Shown here: positions 51,801 through 62,062 of the stretch, one piece after another
How positions within the stretch are numbered: the first letter of the stretch is position 1
How the letters are laid out: each line of letters begins with the position of its first letter
DNA from: Octopus sinensis
Lineage: Eukaryota
Reading direction: 5' to 3'
Length of the DNA stretch: 64,000 nt
Assembly (NCBI RefSeq): GCF_006345805.1
Contig: NC_043023.1
Span: 13,640,001-13,704,000, forward strand
Made by a program: the position numbers and the translations under genes
The notes under the pieces: model-generated
Told to the model about the DNA's origin: nothing
What the model saw: the letters and a program-made list of their open reading frames with translations, nothing else
Database searches by the model: none

Positions 51801-52569
51801 CCCTTTTGTTACCATATTTCTGTTGAAATCCACGGACTTTGTTTCAATTAATTTGGGTCGTGGAGGCACATGGCCTAGTGGTTAGAGCAACGTATTCGCG
51901 GTCGAGGGATCGCGGGTTCGAATCTTAGACCGGGCAGTGTGTGTGTTTATGATCGAAGCACCTAAGCTCCATGCGGCTCCGGCAGAAGGTAATGGCGAAA
52001 ATTCTGCTGACTCTTTCACCACAACTTTCTCTCTCTCTTTCCTCCTGCATCTTGCAGCTCACCTGCGACGGACTGGCGTCCCATCCAGGTGGGGAACCTA
52101 TACGCCAAGGAAACCTCGAAACCGGCCCTAATGAGCCAAGCGTGGCTCAAGAAGGAAGGAACAAACAATGTGTGTGTGTGTGTGTGGAGGCACATGGCCA
52201 AGTGGTTAGAGCAGCAGACTCGCAGTCGAGGGATCGCAGGTTCAAATCTCAGACCGGGCGATGTGTATGTTTATGATTGAAACACCTAAGCTCGACGCGG
52301 CTCCGGCAGAAGGTAATGGTGAACTTCTGCTGACTCTTTTGCCACAATTTTCTCTCTCTCTTTCCTCCTGCATCTTGCAGCTCACCTGCGACGGAGTGGC
52401 GTCCCGTCCAGGTGGGGAACCTATACGCCAAGAAAACCGGGAAACTGGCCCTTATGAGCTAGGCGTGGCTCAAGAAGGAAGGAAGAAACAATTAATTTGG
52501 GTCACTTTAGAAACAGGAAGTTTGTATCATAGGGCCCGGAGTGTTCTTGAGCTGTTGGTATCAAAGGGG
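51801..52569. mobile_element. TTAA-type (piggyBac-like) MITE interrupted by a SINE dimer
   Basis: TTAA|CCCTTTTGTTACCA ... TGGTATCAAAGGGG|TTAA. Confidence 0.75.
51860..52488 (+). mobile_element. Head-to-tail dimer of tRNA-derived SINE family E with a 15-bp TSD; partial copy at 22186-22365
   Basis: Two monomers (TGGCCTAGTGG A box, GGTTCGAATC B box, gcgacggactggcgtccc domain) are joined by (TG)n. caattaatttgggtc lies at 51845-51859 and 52489-52503. Confidence 0.88.
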
Positions 52570-52632
52570 TTAACCCCTTTTTAACACTTGTCTCTCCCCT
52601 TATTTCTCTGTTCTTTTTTTTTTTTTTCACAG

Positions 52633-52732
52633 ATGTTCGGTCGATAAAAGTGTCCAACTTGCCAGAGAATATATCCAATGATGTGCTCCGGTTTCTCTTC
52701 AAGGAGTCGACCAGTGTCATCAGGGCCCCACA
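52633..52732 (+). CDS. Multi-RRM RNA-binding protein, exon for the first half of an RRM (VRSIKVSNLPENISNDVLRFLFKESTSVIRAP)
   Basis: (t)ncacAG / GTAAGT, 100 nt, phase 1-2; RNP2-like IKVSNL followed by helix 1. Confidence 0.85.
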
Positions 52733-52959
52733 GTAAGTGTTTTAACAAGGGAGCTCAGTTTCCAGTTGAGGGACACTGCTACTCTGTGTTATGTACTATG
52801 TTCACATACACATATTCATATACGCACACACATAAACACATATGCATACACACATATGCAAACACACACACAAGCATACACACACATAAACACACACACA
52901 CACACACATATGCATACACACAAACACACACACTCACACATACCTACACACACATACAC

Positions 52960-54296
52960 ACACACATGCATACACAAATACATATACCCTAACCCTACAC
53001 CTTTTCAATATCTCATCACTTTATCAATCCTTCCTCTTCAATTGCTCTACCCAACTTCAACCCTGCAAGTGTAAGCGAAAGCAGGGTATTGTAATAACTT
53101 GTCTTTGTCTGTCTGTGTGTTTGCGAAATACCTGGGAAACGGCTGAACGGATTTTCACCAAATTTGATAGAAATACTCATTGGGTGACTGGCTCGAAATG
53201 ATGAAAATTTGGTTTTGATTATCTTCAAACTTACATAAATATATACATAGCTATACGACTGTGTGTGTGTACAGGGCTGGATTCAAGGGTTCAAACAGAC
53301 ACACATACACACATGCATACACAAATACATATACCCTAACCCTACACCTTTTCAATATCTCATCACTTTATCAATCCTTCCTCTTCAATTGCTCTACCCA
53401 ACTTCAACCCTGCAAGCGTAAGCGAAAGCAGGGTATTGTAATAACTTGTCTTTGTCTGTCTGTGTGTTTGCGAAATTACTGGGAAACGGCTGAACGGATT
53501 TTCACCAAATTTGATAGAAATACTCATTGGGTGACTGGCTCAAAAGGATGAAAATTTGGTTTTGATTATCTTCAAACTTACATAAATATATACATAGCTA
53601 TACGACTGTGTGTGTGTACAGGGCTGGATTCAAGGGTTCAAACAGACACACATACACACACATGCATACACAAATACATATACCCTAACCCTACACCCTT
53701 TCAATATCTCATCACTTTATCAATCCTTCCTCTTCAATTGCTCTACCCAACTTCAACCCTGCAAGCGTAAGCGAAAGCAGGGTATTGTAATAACTTGTCT
53801 CTGTCTGTCTGTGTGTTTGTGAAATTACTGGGAAACGGCTGAACGGATTTTCACCAAATTTGATAGAAATACTCATTGGGTGACTGGCTCAAAATGATGA
53901 AAATTTGGTTTTGATTATCTTCAAACTTACATAAATATATACATAGCTATACGACTGTGTGTGTGTACAGGGCTGGATTCAAGGGTTCAAACAGACACAC
54001 ATACACACACATACACACACAAATACATATACCCTAACCCTACACCCTTTCAATATCTCATCACTTTATCAATCCTTCCTCTTCAATTGCTCTACCCAAC
54101 TTCAACCCTGCAAGCGTAAGCGAAAGCAGGGTATTGTAATAACTTGTCTCTGTCTGTCTGTGTGTTTGCGAAATTACTTGGAAACGGCTGAACGGATTTT
54201 CACCAAATTTGATAGAAATACTCATTGGGTGACTGGCTCAAAATGATGAAAATTTGGTTTTGATTATCTTCAAACTTACATAAATATATACATAGA
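52960..54296 (+). repeat. 349-bp tandem repeat, about 4 copies
   Basis: Equivalent ORF starts at 53261, 53610 and 53959. Each unit has a tgtctgtctg...cggattttcaccaaatttg core reminiscent of Helitron/Helentron-associated short elements. Confidence 0.93.
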
Positions 54297-54809
54297 CTAG
54301 CAGTATCACCCAGCGTTGCTCGGGTTTGTAAGCGAAATAACTATATAAGCATTTTTAGAGAGTTACTTCCCTTGTAGATGCCAATTTGGGCTTTCTTAGC
54401 CATTTCTGTTTTGGTGTCTTCAAGCCATGAAGTCGTTGTTCTAAAAAAACGCTGGTCTCCTTGACAACGCTTTACGACGTTGATTTCCTTACACTCCCTC
54501 CCCCACAGCTTCACGAGGGAGGGAAGAAGGGGGAGAAGCAAACAGGTGCAGCTGTGAGCGTGGACGCCAACTCCGCCGCCATCGACACACGAAAAATTAT
54601 GCATTAAAATGGAATAAAAAATTATGTTAAATTATTTTTTAAATTGTAGACTCATCGTAGACGCGCGCTAATAGCCAGACGGGCTCGATATGAATCACGA
54701 CTATAAGATACCCGGTTTTGGTTAAACTGCACCGCAAAATGTGGGAGTAGTTAGGAATCTAAATCGAAGGGGACAGACACTCACACAACTACAGTTTTAT
54801 ATATATAGA
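54297..54809 (-). mobile_element. Non-autonomous Helitron-like element inserted into the last 349-bp unit
   Basis: A|TC...cccgagcaacgctgggtgatactgCTAG|T on the minus strand; the flanks rejoin to the repeat unit without a TSD. Confidence 0.85.
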
Positions 54810-55066
54810 TATGCGACTGTGTGTGTGTACAGGGATGGATTCAAGGGTTTCATTTATTTAAGAGTTGATTTCTTAATTTCACCTGAGTATAAATACCTAT
54901 AATGGTGATAATTAAATGAAAGAAAATATATATTTTCAATCAAACTTACAAATTTCCTGATAAGCAAGTGGTCATATTATTTATATCCTTCAACAAACTG
55001 CAGTATGTTTGATTCGCTTGCCATCATTAAAAGACATTGAAAACTCTTCTGAAATTCTATGCAATA

Positions 55067-55465
55067 TCTCTCTATATATAAACGGCAGTTTGTCTGTCTG
55101 TGTGTCTGTCAGGTTGTACCCTCACCCTGACCACTGCTTTCAACCGATTCTGATGAAACTTGACACACACATAGCCCAATGTCATAATTCAAAACTAACG
55201 CAGTGAAAATTTTGAAAAGTTCCCCCAGTTCTGAAAAAAATCGATAAATTCGACATGGGGTCGAAAATCTAAGCTTTTTATATGCAACACATTTTCTGTT
55301 GGGAGACAGCTAGGGACATCGTATACACAGAAGTATTCGAGTGAAGAGAAGACATTGCAACCTACACATGCGCCTTCGTTCCCTAGAGGGAAAGAACTAG
55401 ATTGGGATTAGTCGTTGCCTACTAGGGGCTCTTACATACCTGGCAACGCCGGGCTATGCTGCTAG
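55067..55465 (+). mobile_element. Non-autonomous Helitron-like element
   Basis: A|TCtctctatatataaa...cctggcaacgccgggctatgctgCTAG|T. Confidence 0.8.
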
Positions 55466-55885
55466 TTTTATATAAGTATTTCGTTTTGTTCACTTTCTTT
55501 CCCATAATCACTATTGTTTGATTAATCATTTATTTAGTCATATGCAAATTTCTATTTGCAAAACAACCTTTAATTTTCTTTGTCAATTCATATTTTAGCT
55601 TTTCACTATAAAACTAATGAAATAGAAAGTTTTCTTTTTTGGAACGCGCATGATTCTTCGGTGGAAAATTGGAGAAGAATCTTCATTTTATGCTATTTTT
55701 CCTTAATTTTAATTCCAAACCCACTAAAATAACATTAAAATTTCTTTGCCAACTCATATTTTAATTATTTACATTTGACAGATATTTGTCCTCATCTTAT
55801 TTGTTGTTAACACAATGTTTTGACTGATATACCCTCCAGCCTTCATCAAGTGTCTTGGGGAAATTTTGTACCTGGCATTTTTTGA

Positions 55886-55923
<38 letters not shown>

Positions 55924-55976
55924 TCACTTCTTGGAATCGAACTCAAAATCTAGGGGTTAGTAGCTTGCGCTCTTAA

Positions 55977-56374
55977 CCCCTTACCCGGCAGAAACGAATA
56001 TATGCGTTTTGACCGAAATCGTTTTTTTCTATCTCTGGTGAGTTAACTCGTCAAAAGATAGACTCGCCAAAATCGACAGCAAATGAGTTCCTTCGTCTAT
56101 TATAAACTCTTTTTTGACATATACGAGTATATTCGCTCACTTTATACGTCTGGCAGTGACGATTTCTGCCACCTTTCGCTTGAGTAAGGCATTGAAGACC
56201 GAGTATGATTTAGTCACCTGGAGACAGTCGAAGGGTTGGAAGGCACATTTTATGAATAATAAATAAGGGTTGAAATATACCTCGAAATCACCATTCAAAA
56301 CATAGTAAAATAAAACAATAAAAAATATGTCTGCAAAAATACATTTATTTTCAAAATAATTGTTGGGTAAGGGG
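55977..56374. mobile_element. TTAA-type (piggyBac-like) MITE
   Basis: TTAA|CCCCTTACCC ... GGGTAAGGGG|TTAA. Confidence 0.75.
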
Positions 56375-56379
56375 TTAAC

Positions 56380-56420
56380 CTGACGAAGGCTGGAGCGTAT
56401 ATCAACCGAAACGTTGTGTT
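56380..56420 (+). ncRNA. Minimal hammerhead ribozyme motif of a Penelope-like repeat; decayed copies on the - strand at ~55805-55855 and ~24900-24945
   Basis: CTGACGA-a-ggctg-gagcgtatat-caacc-GAAAC-gtt-gtgtt. The sister copy supplies the stem I partner gacac. Confidence 0.55.
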
Positions 56421-56608
56421 AACAACAAACAAGATGACAAATATCCATCAAATGTAAATAATGTAAATAATTCCTCATCTCTTAAATATAGAACTGTAAC
56501 ATATTTTAATATTTTCACAAAAATTATTTGCAAAAAAATTCATCTGCGTGCAGGGCATTCATCACACCCGTGCCTTTTTTCCCCATTTTTTCTGTTTTCT
56601 CTCTCCAG

Positions 56609-56748
56609 CTCAACAACAGCCATTGTGGAGTTCAACTGTGTCAGAGATGTGGCAGCTTACATCCATAAAGACAAGACCCTCATGGTTGAAGACAAGGTTC
56701 TTACCATAGAAGGATGTTCTTCCAAGAATGAAGGCACATCAAATAAAG
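56609..56748 (+). CDS. Multi-RRM gene exon ((H)STTAIVEFNCVRDVAAYIHKDKTLMVEDKVLTIEGCSSKNEGTSNK)
   Basis: ctctccAG / GTAATG, 140 nt, phase 2-1; RNP1-like TAIVEF. Confidence 0.85.
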
Positions 56749-57598
56749 GTAATGATGGCTGACCCCTCTTTTTTTTTTCTGTATCGTTTCTTAGAACGGG
56801 GTCCACTATTTTTGGATAATGTTTTTGCTGTTGCTGTAAGGTATCCCACTTCAAATATGTCTTCCTTTGTTAGTTGTATCCAACTGAAAGAGTTCTGCCA
56901 CTTCAATGGTTCCTGGTTCAATCCAACTGTGTTATGGTTCAGGGTTCAGTCCCACTGCGTGGATCCTTGGGCAAGTATCTTTTATTATAGCCTTGGGCTG
57001 ACCAAAGCCTTGTGAATGGATTTGGTAGACGGAAACTGAAAGAAGCCTGTCATATATATATATATATATATATATCATCATCATTTAGCGTCCGTTCTCC
57101 ATGCCAGCATGGGTTGGACGGTTTAACCGGGGTCTGGGAAGCCAGAAGGCTGCACCAGGCTCCAGTCTGATCTGGCAGTGTTTCTACAGCTGGATGACCT
57201 TCCTAACGCCAACCACTCCGTGAGTGTAGTGGGTGCTTTTTACGTGCCACCGGCACAGGTGCCAGACGAGGCTGGCAAATGGCCACGGTCGGACGGTGCT
57301 TTTTATGTGCCACCGGCACGGAGGCCAGGCGAGGCTGGCAACAGCCATGATATATATATAGATATTTCTTTACTACCCACAAGGGGCTAAACACAGAGGG
57401 GACAAACAAGGACAGACAAAGGGATTAAGTCGATTAGATCGATCCCAGTGCGTAACTGGTACTTATTTAATCGACCTCGAAAGGATGAAAGGCAAAGTCG
57501 ACCTCGGTGGAATTTGAACTCAGAAAGTAACGGCTAAGTATTTCACCCAGCGTGCTATGTTGTTATCATTATTATTATTATTATTGTTGTTGTTGTTA

Positions 57599-57641
<43 letters not shown>

Positions 57642-58220
57642 GGTGGTGAGCTGGCAGAATCGTTAGCATGCCGGGCAAGATGCTTGGCAGCATTTTGTCT
57701 GTCTGCATGATCTGAGTTCAAATTCTACTGAGGTCGACTTTGCATTTCATTCTTTCAGGGGCTGATAAATTAAGTCCCAGTGAAACACTGGAGTCAGTGT
57801 AATCAACTAGTCCCTTCCCCTCAAATTTCAGGCCTTGTGCCTATAGTGTCTTCTACTATAGCCCCGGGCCGACCGAAGCCTTGTGAGTGGATTTGGTAGA
57901 CGGAAACTGAAAGAAGCCTGTCGTATATATATGTATATATATATATGTGTGTGTATGTGTTTGTGTGTCTGTGTTTGTCCCCCTAGCATTGCTTGACAAC
58001 TGATGCTGGTGTGTTTATGTCCCCGTCACTTAGCGGTTTGGCAAAAGAGACAGATAGAATAAGTACTGGGCTTACAAAGAATAAGTTCCGGGGTCGAGTT
58101 GCTCGATTAAAGGCGGTGCTCCAGCATGGCCGCAGTCAAATGACTGAAACAAGTAAAAGAGTATAGTAGAAAAAAATTACTATTATTATTACTATTATTA
58201 TTATTATTTCAACATTTCAG

Positions 58221-58332
58221 ATCCATTGGAATCTCGCCAGCTCTACATTGAGAACATTCCTCATTGGACCACCACCGAGTATTTGGATGTCCTCTTCCCT
58301 GGGGCTAAAAGCATTCGCAGGGTGGATGGATT
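58221..58332 (+). CDS. Multi-RRM gene exon ((D)PLESRQLYIENIPHWTTTEYLDVLFPGAKSIRRVDG)
   Basis: tttcAG / GTAAGT, 112 nt, phase 1-2; RNP2-like LYIENI. Confidence 0.87.
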
Positions 58333-58501
58333 GTAAGTAAGACTTTTGACTTTGTTGCTGCTGTTGTTGTTGTTGTTGTTTAACCCCAGGTCAGTCCTGA
58401 TCCAGATAGGCCTATGATCATAGAAGTTCCAACTGTGACCATCCCATCAATTAGCTACTGAGCATTTCCTATGCTCAGTTTGATGTTTCTCAGTGAGTTC
58501 A

Positions 58502-59481
58502 GATCTTTTCTGTTTGACCGGCAGTTTTTTAAAATAATTTCCACGTAACTAAACACTTTTAAACTTCGTATACTGGTAGAATGTGTTTATAAAACATCTT
58601 TTTCTCTTGGCTTTATTGAGAAAATTCTACAGTTTGTAAGATATTTGTTGGGTTCTTTTCCTTCAATTTCTGCAATTTCAACCAATCAATGACGTCTATT
58701 GAGGTAAAAAAAACATTCTGTGCCGTATAAATATGTCCCTCGTTTAAGAAACAGATTGCATTTATTTACATTGCTGAAGAAAAAAAGGATACCCTTCCCC
58801 CCACCCCTAACCCTAAAACAGATTGAAATGCAATAGATCGATACTAGGGTCATAATTATGGGTGACAATTTCATATGACAAAGCTAGAAAAAACTGCCAT
58901 TCAAACCAAAAAGATCCATTTGTTGGTTTTTTTCTTCAATTTCTGCAATTTCAACCAATCAATGACGTCCATTGAGGTAAAAAAAACATTCTGTGCCGTA
59001 TGAATATGTCCCTCGTTTAAGAAACAGATTGGGTTTATTTACATTTGTGAAGAAAAAAGATACCCTTTCCCCCACCCCTAGCCCTAACCCTAAAACAGAT
59101 TGAAATGCAATAGATCGATACTAGGGTCATAATTATGGGTGACAATTTCATATGACAAAGCTAGAAAAAACTGCCATTCAAACCAAAAAGATCCATTTGT
59201 TGGTTTTTTTCTTCAATTTCTGCAATTTCAACCAATCAATGACGTCCATTGAGGTAAAAAAACATTCTGTGCCGTATGTATATGTCCCTCGTTTAAGAAA
59301 CAGATTGGGTTTATTTACATTTGTGAAGAAAAAAGATACCCTTCCCGCCACCCGTAACCTCACCCCTAACCCTAACCCTAAAACAGATTGAAATGCAATA
59401 GATCGATTCTAGGGTCATAATTATGGGTGACAATTTCATATGAGACTGCTAGAAAAAACTGCCGGTCAAACGGAAAAGATC
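58502..59481. mobile_element. Non-autonomous element with 29-bp inverted termini and a triplicated ~275-bp right half containing CCCTAA repeats
   Basis: gatcttttctgtttgaccggcagtttttt / aaaaaactgccggtcaaacggaaaagatc; internal units at ~58661, 58934 and 59211. Confidence 0.75.
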
Positions 59482-59557
59482 CGTGAGCTCATATCCAAAC
59501 AGGTAGGAGCGGATTTTTGCATTGTGAAAACACAACCAGGGGTATATATGGGTTTAT

Positions 59558-59714
59558 ACTGCAGGCCCACACAAGGTGAAGTTGGCAGTCATTGAAAAAA
59601 GCCAACATCCGAGATGTCCAAAAAGTGTGGTTTAATTTACCTGTGCATTATTACACAAACAAGAAAGCATGGGTAACCCAAAAAATATTTTCTGACTGGT
59701 TCAATAATCACTTT
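59558..59714 (+). mobile_element. Decayed Tigger/pogo (DDE_1) transposase fragment
   Basis: TAGPHKVKLAVIEKSQHPRCPKSV, a frameshift, then LPVHYYTNKKAWVTQKIFSDWFNNHF. Confidence 0.75.
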
Positions 59715-61216
59715 AGTAGAAGATACTTGCCCAAGGTGCCATGCTGTGGGATTGAACCTGGAACCATGTAGTTGGGAAGTCACACCTGTGCCTATATATG
59801 GAAGGCAGTGAGCTGGCAGAAACGTTAGCACGCCGAGCGAAATGCTTAGCCGTATTTCGTCTGGCATTACGTTCTGAGTTCAAATTCCGCCGAAGTTGAC
59901 TTTGCCTTTCATCCTTTCGGGGTCGATAAAATAAGTACCAGTTACGTACTGGGGTCGATGTAATCGACTTAATCCCTTTGTCTGTCCTTGTTTGTCCCCT
60001 CTGTGTTTAGCCCCTTGTGGGTAGTAAAGAAATAGGTATTTCGTTTGCCGTTACGTTCTGAGTTCAAATTCCGCCGAGGTCAACTTTGCCTTTCATCCTT
60101 TCAGGGTCAATAAATTAAGTACCAGTTACTCACTGGGGTCAATGTAATCGACTTAATCCCTTTGTCTGTCCTTGTTTGTCCCCTCTGTATTTAGCCCCTT
60201 GTGGGTAGTAAAGAAATAGGTATTTCGTCTGCCGTTACGTTCTGAGTTCAAATTCCGCCATCGTCGACTTTGCCTTTCATCCTTTCGGGGTCGATGAATA
60301 AAGTACCAGTTACGCATTGGGGTCGATGTAATCGACTTAATCCCTTGTCTGTCCTTGTTTGTCCCCTCTGTGTTTAGCCCCTTGTGGGTAGTAAAGAAAT
60401 AGGTATTTCGTTTGCCGTTACGTTCTGAGTTCAAATTCCGCCGAGGTCAACTTTGCCTTTCATCCTTTCAGGGTCAATAAATTAAGTACCAGTTACTCAC
60501 TGGGGTCAATGTAATCGACTTAATCCCTTTGTCTGTCCTTGTTTGTCCCCTCTGTATTTAGCCCCTTGTGGGTAGTAAAGAAATAGGTATTTCGTCTGCC
60601 GTTACGTTCTGAGTTCAAATTCCGCCATCGTCGACTTTGCCTTTCATCCTTTCGGGGTCGATGAATAAAGTACCAGTTACGCATTGGGGTCGATGTAATC
60701 GACTTAATCCCTTTGTCTGTCCTTGTTTGACCTCTATGTTTAGCCCCTTGTGGGCAGTAAAGCAGGAGTGGCTGTGTGGTAAGTAGCTTGCTTACCAACC
60801 ACATGGTTCCGGGTTCAGTCCCACTTGCATGGCATCTTGGGCAAGTGAATCTGCTATAGCCCTGGGCTGACCAAAGCCTTGTGAGTGGATTTGGTAGATG
60901 GAAACTGAAAGAAGCCCGTCGTATATATGTATATATGATGATGATCATCATCATCGTTTAGCATCCACTTTCCATGCTGGCATAGGTTGGACGGTGCAAC
61001 TGGGGTCTGGGAAGCCAGAAGGCTGCACCAGGCCCAGTCTGATCTGGCAATGTTTCTACGGCTGGATGCCCTTCCTAATGCCAACCACTCCATGAGTGTA
61101 GTGGGTGCTTCTTACGTACCACCGGCACGGAAGCCAGTCTAGGCGGCACAGGTGCCAGACGAAGCTGGCAAACGGCCATGGTCGGATGGTGCTTTTTACG
61201 TGCGATCGTGGCTGTT

Positions 61217-61256
<40 letters not shown>

Positions 61257-61850
61257 GTATGTATGTATGTGTATATGTTTGAGTGTCTGTGTTTGTCCCC
61301 CCAACATCACTTGACAACTGATGCTGGTGTGTTTACGTCCCCGTCACTTAGCGGTTCGGCAAAAGAGACCGATAGAATACGTACTGGGCTTACAAAGAAT
61401 AAGTCCCGGGGTCGATTTGCCCGACTAAAGGCGGTGCTCCAGCATGGCCACAGTGAAATGACTGAAACAAGTAAAAGAGTAAACTTAGCAGTTCGGCAAT
61501 AGTGACCGATAGAATACGTACTGGGCTTACAAAGAATAAGTCCCGGGGTTGATTTGCTCGACTAAAGGCGGTGCTCCATCATGGCCGCAGTCAAATGACT
61601 GAAACAAGTAAAAGAGTAAACTTAGCGGTTCAGCAAAAGAGACCGATAGAATAAGTACTAGGCTTACAAAGAATAAATCCCGGGGTCGATTTGCTCGACT
61701 AAAGGTGGTGCTCCAGCATGGCCGCAGTCAAATGACTGAAACAAGTAAAAGAGTAAAAGAGTAATATGTAAAAGGTTGTTTTTTTTATTGTTTTTTTTAT
61801 TGTACCCTACTCACCTTCTCTGTTTTCACCCTTCTTCTTCTTCCCTGCAG

Positions 61851-61975
61851 CACGGCGGTTGCAGAATACCGATCTGCGAAAGATGCCCAGATGGAACTCC
61901 TCAAAACCAAAACTCTTCGAATCGACCAAAACCAACTTGTAGTTGTTCCTGCAAAGGATTACCGAAGGAATACAA
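61851..61975 (+). CDS. Multi-RRM gene exon ((F)TAVAEYRSAKDAQMELLKTKTLRIDQNQLVVVPAKDYRRNT); the gene probably continues beyond the window
   Basis: ttccctgcAG / GTATGA, 125 nt, phase 2-1; RNP1-like TAVAEY. Confidence 0.85.
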
Positions 61976-62062
61976 GTATGATTACCTCCTTTTCTTCATT
62001 TTCATTTTTTTCTGGGGGTTTTTCCCTTCTTTTTATGTCTTGTGTCAAATCTAAGGCCACAG

